Translations under genes and position numbers: made by a program
Notes under the pieces: generated by a model
The model's input: the letters and a program-made list of their open reading frames with translations, nothing else
The model's database searches: none
Told to the model about the DNA's origin: nothing
Shown: positions 37,498-50,424 of the stretch, one piece after another
Position numbering within the stretch: position 1 is the stretch's first letter
Layout of the letters: each line of letters begins with the position of its first letter
Source of the DNA: Octopus sinensis
Lineage: Eukaryota
Direction: 5' to 3'
Length of the DNA stretch: 64,000 nucleotides
Assembly (NCBI RefSeq): GCF_006345805.1
Contig: NC_043002.1
Location: 78,182,001 to 78,246,000 of the forward strand

Positions 37498-39759
37498 ACG
37501 TTCTGTTGTTATGGAGTAGTCTAATTCACAAAACTCTATTTGGTTTTGATATCTGTTCATCATAAGTTCATAAAAAAGTGAAATAACATTGTTATGTGTT
37601 GCTTTTATTGCTAATGTTATATGAACTGAAATTCTCTTTCCTTGTTGCTTTATTATAGCAAAAGTATAAATTTCAAAACAGAGTTAGAGATAAATTTGTA
37701 TCCAAATAGTTGCCAGAGGACAATATTGGGCAACCCTCGTACATTGACATATATCTAACATCTACACTACATTTCAATGTTCTTATCTCAAATCCTCATC
37801 AGGTATCTTATTCCTGGTTATGCACATGGTCCCAAACTGGCTCTGAAATGCACCAGGCGCTCAGGAGATAAAAATGCTGTTACCCGTAATTTAGAAATAA
37901 GAGTCCTTCTTCAAATTCAATGTAGGATCATGCACACAACCAGGAATATAGAATCTGGTGACAAGAATTGATCAACTTGAATGAAATGCAGTATATGTGT
38001 AAAATACAAACTCTAAAACTGATATTAACAGCTGTCTCTCCCATTACAATCTTATTAATCACAGTTCATCTCAAATAGTCAGACATAAAATAAAATGTTC
38101 TCTGTGCTGCGAACTTTATTATGTTGATGGCTAATCTAAAGCAAATGATAAGAACTTTGTCAAAACAAATGTTAAATGAAAATGTTTACAGCAACTGGAT
38201 AATTAAAAAAAAAGAATTATTTATATTTACTTTTTAATTTATTTTGTTCATATTTCTAAGGTGAATTTATTAGTTGAAGCAGATGTAAAGTCTGGACCTA
38301 AGATTTACAGGATATTTAACAGTCAACTATATATAGGTGAGGAAAGTGCAATAAACGTTTAAGAACGCTATAGTTATACACTGTTATCTCCCTTTTCCAG
38401 CTCCATAATATATTTTTCAATATATATTTTTACTTACCGTATTTGATGGCATATTAGATGCACATCAATTAATTGTAGCAACGTGTATTTAGGAAATAGA
38501 GCTTTTAGTGCTTTTCAGCTTATTGTGTTACATACCATCATATATGGTAATGCTTTTATACTGTAAATGTTATTCAAAAAAACAAAAAATTCTGTAAACA
38601 CTGGCAAATGGAAAGTTTTAACAAAAGCTATTGAGTGTTAACTACAATAACGATTCAATTATTTAAAACCAACAAAATACAACCTTACGTTAATAGGATT
38701 CTTAAAAAAATTCTAGTGGTTTTAGAACGATAAAATGAAAACAAGCTAGCTGTTCCTGAAGTTTCTGTTAAGCAAACTTCCGATAGTCGTTATTTTAACT
38801 TCATTTACTACTAACGGGAATTTTTGTAAAAGCACATGTAGTCGGATTCCTTTTTGGACTATCAAGTACGTATAGCTTTCTCAATAAATTGTAATAACCA
38901 GAGTTAAGTCCCTTGACCTAGTTTGCGATGCAATTTGGATTCTTTCCTAGTCTTTGTCATTGTGGCCGAGATCATATTGGAGCACTATCTTCAAAATTTA
39001 TACGGACATTACCTACCTAATTACATATGGATATAGCAGAGGGCTGTGTTGTGTGTGTATATCAAATAACACAGCATTCATTTTGTCTATAGAGGATAAC
39101 GGGTTTACCTAGTAGACAGCCAGTCAACTATATAAAATGATTTTAGATGAAATGATGAGGGTAGGACTGAATGCAACCCAATTGATAAACAGAGATTAAG
39201 TATAACAAGTGATGCATAGATATATATATGGTACCACTCTATCAACTAATACAGACCAATAGATAGATCCTGCTATTAAAAGAAGAGGATACTGAAATTA
39301 GGCCCTACCACATATATAGATACAACACTTACAATATATTCCAGACTAGAAAAGTAGGTGCTAATTTATACTAAATGTATTATCATTTTCTGTATGATTA
39401 ATTAGAATATTTATGTTCTTAGTAATCATGAAAATGTGAGAAGATGAGAGAGAGAGAGAGAGTGGTTGGACTTATCGCTTTCATTATCATATTTCTTATG
39501 AAATAAAGAGCCTTTCTTTCAAGTAGTCTTAAAAATAATGAAGAATTTAGTAAAATAACTGTCATGATTAAGTCAGTGTTTGGAACAAATAAGGAAGTTT
39601 GATGAAAGGTTTTTATTTACAACACTTTAAAACAGGAAGTTTGTTTCATAGAACTCAGAGGCAGTCTCAGGTCAGTTGGTATCAAAAAGCTAATGATCTT
39701 ACTGAACAGAACCAAGCTGTCTATACTTTTCAATACTCTTGAAAATTGCACAAGACATT

Positions 39760-39795
<36 letters not shown>

Positions 39796-41040
39796 CCTTT
39801 CACACACACAAATGTCCATCCAGTATTTTCTATGAAACTTCCTTTCACTGAGCCATCAGCAAGCAATTGCTAAGATTACTATGGTACAGAGTTATGGGAT
39901 GGAAGCAGAACCGAATGTTTTGAACAAATACTCGATATTATAAAATTAAAATATGAACTGTTAAGGAAAGTATACATCTCAAAAATTTTTGCATACACAC
40001 ACATGCGTAACCAATAATAAATCTGTACACTTGGAAAATCAGTGAGGATTATCTTTAAAAAAAAAGTTTGGAAGAATTTCTTTGAAATGTTCTAGAGCAA
40101 AATTACAATGTTTCAAAACACATTCAACTGAATAATAAAGCCTTCCTATATAATGGCTGGATGCAACATAATGGTATCTGAAAGTAATACTCTTTAACTC
40201 CAGAAGGAGTCCTGTTTTCTTCTTTGTAGTCCATGCTTGTCAAGACAAGAACTATGTTGCTAAGAGCAGGTGATATTGAGAGAGACTCAACCCACCACAG
40301 TCTTCAACAAACAACAAATATACTACACAGCATTCAAATTTGCAAACACTCAATTAATGTTTAGACACTCACGAAGAGCACAGAAGACCTTACAGTTACA
40401 TAAAGAATGTATAACTGGACAGCAACTGAAATTGTTGGAATGATGCGAATAACAACGATTATAAGCTCTTAGAAGAGATTTTAAATCACAATTTATGAGA
40501 TTGTGAGAAAAAATTTTATAAAGACAAACTTGATGACTGAATATTGATCAAAAACATTTTATCAGTAACCATCTTATCTCCTTGCCTCAAAGTAAAGTGC
40601 ATCTATAATTACATTATCCAATTATAAACTTATTTTCTTAAGACCAGTAAGATGTGATTTAACTCTTTTGATACTAACCCACCTGAAACTGGTCTTGGTT
40701 CCATGATACAAACCTCTTGTTTTGAAGAGATCTAAGTTAAAAATTTTCCAGAAAAATCTTATGTTAATTTATGTTCCGAACACTAAGTTACCATGCATAA
40801 AGTTACTTTATTAAATTTTTCATTATTTTAAAAATTAACTGTAAGAAAGGCGTGTATTTCAACAGAATTAAGGTAACAAAAAGGTCAAGGGAGATTTGGC
40901 CGCTATTTTGAACTGGTTAAGTAACCATAAAGCGGTCCCCTTATTGGTTTGTGTTTGATATTTGTAATAATAGCAGATGTAGACGTGGTACAAGTGGCAG
41001 TGATGATGATGGTTGTGATAGGAGATAAAATGTTACTCAC

Positions 41041-41510
41041 TACATTCTCTGATGGGACCATTAGATAATGACGACGACGATGAGGATGAATGCGAATTAG
41101 CACCAGATGAGTTCTGCAGCTGTGCGGTGTCTCTCACAGCTGACACAGCAAACTTTGCACTTGCAGAGTCCAAGGTGAGATGAGATGAAGAATGGTTTGA
41201 TGATGATGTGGAATGTTGTTCAAGTGTCTGAATGGTATCAGTTTCACAGGATTCCAAACGTTGGCGCTGTTTCTGTTGCATTAACAATATTTGTTCTCTG
41301 TGGTTCTGAAAGCTTTCAAAGTTAAACTCTGTGGTAGATGCATTGTTAGTCGTCGTCGTCGTCGTAGTGGTGGTGGTGGTGGTAGTGGCTGTTGCTGTTG
41401 TTACTGTTGTTCCTGTTGCTGTTGTTGTCGTCTCTTTAAATGACTGACCACTGCTGCAAGGACTTTGAATTTCCTCCTCTTTTATATGTTTTCTTGGTGT
41501 GTAATGTGGA
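41041..41510 (-). CDS. EPC1: Enhancer of polycomb homolog, large exon with poly-Thr tract and EPC C-terminal motifs
   Basis: ttttag/gtgagt boundaries, 470 nt open frame. FQNHREQILLMQQKQ and LDSASAKFAVSAV correspond to EPC1 YQQHQQQLALMQKQQ and LDSASAQFAASAL. Confidence 0.92.
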
Positions 41511-41726
41511 CTAAAAACGTAAATGTAAAAGAGAAAAAAATCTTAAATATTTATACTTAAAAGAACTTTGTTATAATCTAATTTCTCACTTAACTGTATC
41601 ACATTTTCTAAATGAATTTAATTAACATTTCATCTTACCTATAATTAAACACAGCAATGAATTCACATCTCTTGTGATGTTTATTTCTCTGAACAAAACC
41701 CACCAGTAACAATTAGTCATACAACT

Positions 41727-42018
41727 TAACCCCTTGCCTCGTAACTTTTTTTGGAGAAAACATTTCATTTCCAGACGAATTTTTTTATTCCTGTTTTTTA
41801 TAGTATTTTTAATGTTGATTATGGAAATAACTATTGGTTTTATCTATTTCCAATATTTTATTTGAAATTTTATTTTGAAGATACCATTTTTGGCAAAAAC
41901 GAGATAACTCGTCTTCCCATATTTTTTAATATCCTTATTTATTGCTTCTTTTTTCCCCAACTTTATCATCAAAAGTAAAGGGGAATTACACATTTATTTT
42001 ACTCTTGTCTTCTCAAAA

Positions 42019-42053
<35 letters not shown>

Positions 42054-42237
42054 TAAATATGTAAAAAGAAAAAAAAAACCCCAGAAAAAAAAACGAGAAA
42101 TGCCAAAAACTGATGCACGAACTCGACTGTGGCTGTTTTTGAAATTATATGCTTTGGACGAGTTTACTTGTCACACTCTGAAAAAAGACAAACTGGGTGA
42201 AGACGAGTTAATTCGTCTTTGCCGGGTAAGGGGCTAA
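41727..42237. mobile_element. piggyBac-like non-autonomous element
   Basis: TTAA|CCCCTTGCCTCGTAA ... TTGCCGGGTAAGGGG|CTAA terminal inverted repeats. Confidence 0.6.
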
Positions 42238-42281
42238 AAAGCCAATGTTAGTAGAGCACATATAGTTGAATCCCAGTACAA

Positions 42282-42462
42282 ATTTGGTACAAGGCCAGCA
42301 ATTTCAGGGGAGAGGATAAGTTGATTATATCGACCCCCAGTATTCAAATGATACTTATTTTACTGACCTTGGTGGCATTTGAACTTAGAATGTAAAGTTG
42401 GATGAAATACTACTAAACATTTTTTCTTGGTGAGGTAACGATTCTGTCTGCTCACTGCCTTG
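42282..42462 (-). mobile_element. SINE family B copy
   Basis: Homologous to 26515-26716. Confidence 0.75.
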
Positions 42463-43174
42463 AATCCCAGTATTATTAACCGACAGAATTTCAATGACAG
42501 CTAAGCATAATGACCAAAAGTATGTACAGAGTGTAAATGGTTATCTTAGTTCACGATTGTGTGAAGCGAATATCAGAAGTTAAATGCTTAAGAATGATTT
42601 TGTTGGTGTCTAAGAAAGAAGGTTCTAGCTTCTGCTGTTTTTTTCCTAGTATTAACTAAAAATAACATTAACAGAAATACATAAATCAACAAAAAAAATT
42701 ATTAGATAAATAGAAAACTTTTAACGGTGGTACAGATTATGTTCTGTGTAGAGATATTAGAATCTTCATATCATTAAACTGTCAGAGCTATAAAGTTTCT
42801 GCATTTGTTTTCCAATGTCTGTATGACTGTAGAACCTCATTTTGAGTTACTTTGGCTGTTAGAAAAATTACAAAATTATTAATTAGATGTAGCAAATAGT
42901 TAATTAAGCAAATACAGAGTTAAGGCACCTGAAACAAAAAAAAAAAAATGAAGAAAACTATGAAGTTAAATAAATCAATTCCTCAGATTTAACGCATTTT
43001 CCCTAAATCCAGAAGTAATCCCTGAAGAAATGCCAGTATGTTTCCTTTACTAGAACTTGCTAAAAGGTAAGAATTAGGTTTGATAAACTAAAAACACACT
43101 CTACAACTAGTTGTATTTTTTCTGGAAAGTATTTGCAGTTTTCTGTCAGTTTAAAGTTGAAATTGGAATGCTAA

Positions 43175-43665
43175 CCTTGTGGAAGAGTCATTATAGCCAT
43201 TTAAAAACTGCCCAGACATGATGATCTTCTCAAATTCCACCAAACAGGCAATACATAGGAACTGCATGTAGGAAGAGCATGTGAAGGAGGCTCATGAGAG
43301 GAAGGTTGCAAAATACCAGGAGCTGGTAGAGCAGTGCAGAAACCAGGATTGGTGGGCAAGTTGTGGGGGCAACTGAAGTGGGCTGCTAGGTTTTTGTTGA
43401 GTATTTATCCTGCAAAGCTCTGACTGGACTTGGAGTTTTACTTGTGCAGCAAAGGGGAAGGTCATAAATGCCATCACTGAACTGCAGAGAAGGCCACTAG
43501 GTGGCTTTGGGTAAAGACAAATAGATTAGTGGTTTATAGCTACTGGGATGCAAGCTGTGACTTGATCAACCCCAGCTGGGTCAACTGGGTGAGATCTGAT
43601 GTGGAAAATCTTGAAACTCTCTGAGACCACAGAAACAGTACTGATGATGTATTCCAGAATATCCC
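43175..43665 (+). mobile_element. HERO/R2-group non-LTR retrotransposon 3' end (restriction-like endonuclease remnant plus 3' UTR)
   Basis: Translates PDMMIFSNSTKQAI...EEHVKEAHERKVAKYQELVEQCRNQ.W...EVGC, the PD..E..K REL motif region of HERO elements, with stops and frameshifts. Confidence 0.75.
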
Positions 43666-44267
43666 TGAGATTATCTTAGGATTAAATTACATTCTTAGAT
43701 TGGGCATTTCATTTCACATTCCTCCAATTTACTCAGCTGAAACTAGCAGCTGTGTAGGAGTGGCACAGCACTCTCCTTCAGCTAGCATATCTTTAACGTT
43801 CTGCTAAGTCAATGAGAGGAAGGGCTGAGAGGGTGCTAATGTGTGCTTGTGAGTACATCAACACCCAAGCATAGTACATGCTTCTAGGCCATTTTTACCT
43901 GCAAGTGACAGCTATGATATGGGTTGTTTTTTTTAATCCTGGACACTACAAAGTTGCCAAAAGGTATTGTCCTTCATGCACAACCTGATCTCTGACATAA
44001 GTCTACCTCTAAATTTTGCTGAAACAAACGAAATAAAAATCTTGTTATGTGCGTGTGCACACACATGTGCTTAATAATGAAAAACTGCTTCTGGATTGCT
44101 GAGAGCTGATTTTGAAACCTTAGCAATCATTAAAAGGCCAAGTAAATGACAAGAAGACAAAAAGCAAAATAAATAAAGCATATTTTTCAAAAATCCTGCA
44201 AAAACATTGCGAATAAATCATGAACAAAGAAAAAGGAATAGAGAAACAACAATAAGATACTGCTTAC

Positions 44268-44390
44268 ATTTTTCTTTCCCTGATGTATGTAATATAATCA
44301 TGATGGATACCCGTGGCAGTGTTTGAGCTTGACAGATCCAGCTGTTCAAGGATTGCATTTTGGGGAGAAAACCCTCTATCTACAAGTATT
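44268..44390 (-). CDS. EPC1: Enhancer of polycomb homolog exon (ILVDRGFSPQNAILEQLDLSSS...)
   Basis: cacag/gtaagc boundaries; continues the GRGGR|ILVDR EPC-B motif in phase 2. Confidence 0.92.
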
Positions 44391-45023
44391 CTGTGAAAGA
44401 AAGGATGAAAACATATGAGTAATAATAAAAAAACAAACGAATAAAAAGGAAATACTGAAACTTATTAAAATATTTGAAAAATAGTCTTTATATTCAACTT
44501 AATTTGGATGTACTATGACAGCACTGTAATACTGCAGTATTTGTTCTGATGAAGTCTCTCATATAGATATCTAATGTATAGAAGCATCTATAGATATCGG
44601 TGGCAAACAAGAAACGTTCAGCAATGGTAGTAGAACAACAGTATCAAACGATTTTGGCATGTTTTGCACCTCTTTGTTATTGATGTTGTGGAGATCAGCT
44701 TAAAAACATTCATTTTATTTCTTCACATAGGTAATACTTGCAGAGGCTGAATATCATACATATCATTTTTAAAAGTTGCAATATAACTAGAATTTCTTTC
44801 ATAAAACTATTTTCTATTTATATACAAAAAATTCAAAAAAAATTAAATAACTGAAGGAAGCTATGAACATCATGGGTCACTTTGACATACATTATTTACC
44901 ACTACTTCCTTCAGTTGTAGACTACAATCAACAATATTTGGCTAATTAATGACTCACAGCTCATCAGTTATAGTTTAAGCTCAGAACAAAATCAATACAA
45001 AAGTTTGTAGAAAATATTCTTAC

Positions 45024-45172
45024 CTTCCACCACGTCCTACTCGCCTCCTTGCATAACCTATGCATTTGTGTGGAGGATAAAAAGACATAAGTGAAAATCT
45101 AAATTTTTTGTCTGTTGAACCACCTTCTTCAGAACTACACCAAGGCCAATTGCCTAATCTGTCTACCCGAGG
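45024..45172 (-). CDS. EPC1: Enhancer of polycomb homolog exon (EPC-B domain: GNWPW...CIGYARRRVGRGGR)
   Basis: ttgcag/gtaaga boundaries; hallmark EPC motif CIG(F/Y)ARRRVGRGGR. Confidence 0.95.
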
Positions 45173-45834
45173 CTGCAATGAGAACAAGCAATATTTGTAC
45201 ATTTAATATTATGAATATTAATATATATCAATAAACTACAGATTTAAACACCCAAGAAAAGTTTGATGACACAAACAGAGAAACAGAATTCAAAACACAA
45301 GAGTGTATGTGTGTATGTGAGATTATTAATCAGCAGATAAATGCAATGAAGGAAGTTCTTGACCCTTGAGTCACTCTGTAACTTCTATCAATTAATAAAA
45401 CTAAAATATATACACCCAAATTATATATTTTGTGTTAATGTACAATATTTCAACACCTGCTTCCTATTATACTAAAGAACCAAAAAAGTCAAACCTTATG
45501 AGAATTCTATTGACTCAGCTTCAAAATATATGAATTTGGTCGATCAGTTTTGTAGTTGACCTTTTGTTTATTTTTCAGTATTCACGCTAACTTTAGTTCT
45601 TTTATGTAAGTATCAATTTCATAGCTGTCTTATACTACATGAATATATTTTTTAAAGAAGAATATGAAAAATTTACCTGCAATTTGTTAATCTGTAAATT
45701 AGTGTTATATTATAATTTGATATGTGTGTGTAAAATGAGTAGGTCAAACTTATCAAAATAGAATCAATTTATGTACAATGAACATTAGTTATGACATAAA
45801 AAAAAATCAGAATGATAAAAGCAAATACTGATAT

Positions 45835-46061
45835 TTCTGTAAATATTAATAATATCTTATAAGCTTAAACCTTGCAAGTGATCACCATATATTGACTAAA
45901 GAAAATAGTCTAATACTGGGGCATATATGCCCTCGATGGAAAAAAAAAGTGAGTTTTCTGTACAATGCATGTGGAAAACCCACTATTAGACTATTATTTT
46001 CAGTCAATACACAGTGATCACTTATAAGCTTTATGCTCATAAAATATTATAATTTACAGAA
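45835..46061. mobile_element. MITE-like element with ~80-bp imperfect terminal inverted repeats
   Basis: AAGTGATCAC..TATTGACT..AATAGTCTAATA versus TATTAGACTATT..AGTCAATA..GTGATCACTT. Confidence 0.7.
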
Positions 46062-47303
46062 TTGTCACTCATCGCTGCTTCTCAATTCATTCAGAAAACA
46101 CACATGCTTGTTTGTTTAAAAATATCGATATGTTGCTTGTTTACTACAAGAAACTATAAGTTACAATACCTTCCCCACAGTATAACATTTCATCTGGTCT
46201 TACAAGAGGTGATGAAATTTATTTACTTAGTAAAAATTTCTTATATCTAGTAAGCATTCTTTGTGATAATCAGACATTAATTCTAAGAATGACATCAAAA
46301 TCAAAACATCACAATACCAATTTACTAAAGCTGAATCTTGCTAGTGCAAATATAAAAGCCACTTCCTCACCAACCCCACCAAAAAATGTTGTTCTTGTTG
46401 TTTAGTGCAAGATCAGCGTTGATCAAACATTTAACACGTTACAGGTTTATATATAGAACATTAGACATCAAAACTCCAGTTTAATAGATTTTATAGTATG
46501 AAAATTACAATTTTTTTTTCTTTTTAATTTTAAAATTCTTTTCTCTTTATACAAATCAAAACTTATGTTTTCTTGCTGCATTAATCAAATCTATTAAGTA
46601 ACATCCTACAAAAATAAATATGTTATATAAGAAATCAAAATCAAACGTCAATAGTTTGGATTATCTTCCCTTTACTTGTTTTCATTACTGTTCTTGATAC
46701 CAGAAATTTGAAAATATTGCGCCTAAATTAAGTTGGTACTTCTCTGAAACCTTGTGTAGTTGAAATCATCCATTAAAAGTAAAAGTAGACTATGCTTTTG
46801 AAAGGTAAAAATGGGTGAAGCAACCAATTAACAAGTTATAGAAAATTTGTTTTTATTTCAAGGAGTTTTATTGTAATGCTGGAACATATAATAATCAACC
46901 TGTCATTTGTTTAAATGACAGAATACTTCATCGTATCTTATATTCACAGGCTTTATTCTCCCTAGATTTTCTGACATTTCTCATCCCTTTTCCTCAGAAG
47001 TCAGAACTACACCCCACTAAAAATCAATTCTTGCCTATGTTTCCTTTACACCTACTACTTTGTAACTGGCAAGAATTTGAATTAATCTAAAATGTTCCTT
47101 TAATTTAGATAGGACTCTAAAAAGTTGTAGACTCTACCCCACTTTTTCTTAGGTCAGCAAATAAAAGAAATAGAATGCAAAAGAGATGAAGAAAAGATGA
47201 TGTAGACAGAAACAGTGTTTGTTAGAAGCACAGCTTGAATATATGTCCCTGATTGGCGAACTGACAATTGGTGATTAATAAAAAAGAGAAAAATGAAACT
47301 TAC

Positions 47304-47390
47304 AGCATAGTAATTACAATGCTTCTTTCTCCTAAATGCGAATTGTCCATCAGGATCATTTTCATCTTCATGATCTGATGGTGACATACT
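47304..47390 (-). CDS. EPC1: Enhancer of polycomb homolog exon (SMSPSDHEDENDPDGQFAFRRKKHCNYYA)
   Basis: tacag/gtaagt boundaries; conserved ENDPDGxFAFRRK motif. Confidence 0.95.
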
Positions 47391-47649
47391 CTGTATAATA
47401 AAAATACATTATGCTTTAAATATAAAATATACTTTATGGGAGGTAAGAGAAAAAAAAGGATCAAATGGTAATGAAATTTCAAACAGTAGTTGGTAAGCAA
47501 TTTTTTTTTCGTTCCAGCACACGGTCTCAGATCAAGTCACTCGCTATGCAAGTACATCTCCGTAATTTTTTTTCTTTTTTGTTTTTAGTCTACATTTTAT
47601 AATAAATATATGCTGAAATATCAAGAGTTTAATCTTGTCTTCATGGATG

Positions 47650-48230
47650 GGTGTAATGGTTAGTCAAGAGCTGAGGGAGCTGGACACCTATAAGAGTAAT
47701 GAGAGGCAATTACATGAGTCCAACCAGCTCCAAGAAGGGGAGGCTATTACAATAGCAGTAATGAAGTCATAGTGGGGAATAGCATGCCTGTGAACCAGAG
47801 GTTGGTGCATATCAGACTTTCTGCCAATCTTTCCCAGATGTGGTTTAGGATGTCTGTGAGTGAAGTAGTAGCACCAGTGAAAATGTAGGAACAATACTTC
47901 ATTGTGGGCCTAACCTGAGGTTTTTATTTTTTTGTAGTACCAATAATTGTTGAGGGCTTAATTATCGCCTGACTCTGGAGAGAAAAGCCAGTCATTAGGC
48001 GTGCAGTCCCAGTTATGTTAACGATGTACTTTCACTAGGAGAGATCTTCAGTGATAACAAGGCCCAACATTTGGAGCAATTGTGTATGCATGCTCAGATA
48101 TCCAAGCACATGTGAATAATGTCTCTAAGTGCATGATAACAAGTCAGGATGAACTGAATAACCATTTTTAAAACACATGAAATCTGTAATCACAGTGAGC
48201 TTCCTTACAGAAATTCTCCAACCACACAGT
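47650..48230 (-). mobile_element. Decayed CR1/L2-type LINE fragment
   Basis: Minus-strand remnant LQMLGLVITEDLSxKxH resembles the CR1/L2 RT thumb motif LGVxIxxDLSWxxHI. Boundaries approximate. Confidence 0.45.
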
Positions 48231-49032
48231 GAGTAGTGTTAACTGTTATTGATGTGGCTACTGTTGTTGCTGATGAAAAGTCACTTATTGAGAAGCTCCA
48301 ATTAGTTTAGAATAAGTTTGTTGTTGTTTAACCTCGAATCACTTTGATTGAACAGACTTATGACCAAAAGTGATTTGAGCAGTGACCATCATCTTTTTTT
48401 TAAAGATTACAAAGACTACATTATCTAATATGTCCTTCTCTTACTTCAAAATCAGTGTGACTTCAAGGAGAGTTGGCTGATATTTCTAGCAAGCTGATTA
48501 CATAGAAGTTCCTTCATTAACTCAACTCTACAAAAGTAGATCTACATGATGGAGGTGACCAGTCAAAGGTATTCTGGGTAGAGGAAGACCCACAATTTAA
48601 AAAGATAAGTGAACTGTATTAAGTAGCACTTATGGCTACCATATGGAGCAATGTACTTCCCTGAATTTCATAGAGAGTTTGATTTGAAATTCCAAAAATG
48701 TTACAACAGCCAAAATATCAACTGTTGTTGCCCACTTTACTAACATCACTCACGCTTACCTTATTCATCTCATATAAATCTGAGACTTTGTGCGATTGTA
48801 TAAGAAGTCATTGTTAAAAGATGAAATAGTTGAATTTATAATAACATTGAATATGTAAAAATCTGTGATCTGAAACTGGTAATAAGTCTCCATACTTAAT
48901 TGCAAAATGCTATTTATTATATTCATTTTTTTTTTTTTCATTTTGAAATAAATAAAAGTCATCTCAAATGTAAACATTATATACCAACAAAATAAAGTAA
49001 AATATGTGAATTTGAAGGAAGGTTGTACTTAC

Positions 49033-49200
49033 AGGTGAAAGACCTTCCTCCTCTGAACTATAAATATCAGGTTGTAAAACATCAACATCATTGAAATGAG
49101 GAGTTTGGTTACTGCTGAGACTGGCTCCTTGTTGCTGAGCAATTTGACGGTGTTTTCGTTTCCGATAAATACGTTTCTTATTACTTTGTAATCCTTCATC
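49033..49200 (-). CDS. EPC1: Enhancer of polycomb homolog exon with basic NLS-like stretch (KKRIYRKRKHR) and SSEEE motif
   Basis: tatag/gtaagt boundaries, 56 codons, phase 0-0. Confidence 0.9.
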
Positions 49201-50297
49201 CTATATAAAGAAAGAGGTTAGACATAATTTTTAAAAAATAAGATATATAAAGAAATTGAAAGAAAAATATATTCTAAAGACAAGACAGGAAAAACACTAA
49301 ATGAAGGCAAACCATGTTCAGTATCATAATATTTTTAGTGCAGGCACACAACTTGCTATTACAATATAATGTAAAAGAGAGAAGAAAAAGTTTTAATCAT
49401 TGACTATACACAACAGATTGTTTAGGTTTCTGAAATAGTGATTTAAACAATAATCCGAAATCATGAATAGATGGTGGTTTCTAGAGGATTTCATGCATAA
49501 GTGAAGTACATTTTGCTCTGAGGTTGAAGATGTTCTGTACTACAGTAAATGATTGCATAAGTTTGAAACATAAATTATTTTGATATGCGCAGCTAAGCTG
49601 CCAGGATCTAGTATTAAACATAGTTCTGGTTTTAAACTGTCTTTAGAAGGTATAATGTGCAGTTGTAATATATATATGATAGAATTACAGTCTAATAAAA
49701 AGATGAAGAAATGAAAAATAAATAAAAGTGAAATCAAAATATATTGTTTACAAATACACATAGTCCTGGTCCCTTTACTTCTTGATTTAGATTTATACAA
49801 TACCCTAACAAGAAACTTTGATAGATAAACTGAAGTTAAATTTTCATCACTAGAACTGTCTTGATTTTTATTTGTATTCTTCTCTTAGAAGAGAAGCAAT
49901 AAAGATACATAGATACCAACTTAAAGAGGGAGAAGAAAAGCAAATTGTTTTTTTTCATTCTGAAAGCAATTATTCATGTTCCATTAAATTTTATCTAGTT
50001 ATTGCGATATTAAAAAATAAAACATTAAAGGAAAAACATTTTTGAATATGTAGCTTAATAAGAAAAAAACCCCAATAAGTGTTTGGTCAAAAATATACTT
50101 TTTGCTTTTACCAACTAAATCATAAATTTAGAAAACAAACTATATGAAGAAAAAATACCAAAAAAAAACATGTTGAAATGTTGTGAAAACAATACATATG
50201 AAATGAAAAAAAAAAGTCAGCACAGCATCCAATAGATTAAGTGTGAGCAGGATGCAGAAAGAAATATTTCACAAGGTACCATACTGAAGTAACTTAC

Positions 50298-50424
50298 CCC
50301 ATTGATACCATCTGCCCATTCTCCTTGCCTAGCAACACCATATGGAGAAATGTAAGATGGCCTGGAATACTTCTGAGCTTCTGCCTCAGTTAAAAGCTGA
50401 CCACTGAAGTCCTCCATTTGATAT
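50298..50424 (-). CDS. EPC1: Enhancer of polycomb homolog exon (YQMEDFSGQLLTEAEAQK...)
   Basis: ttcag/gtaagt boundaries; completes KR|Y..D..G as in EPC1 (EKRYNLGDYNGEI). Confidence 0.92.
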
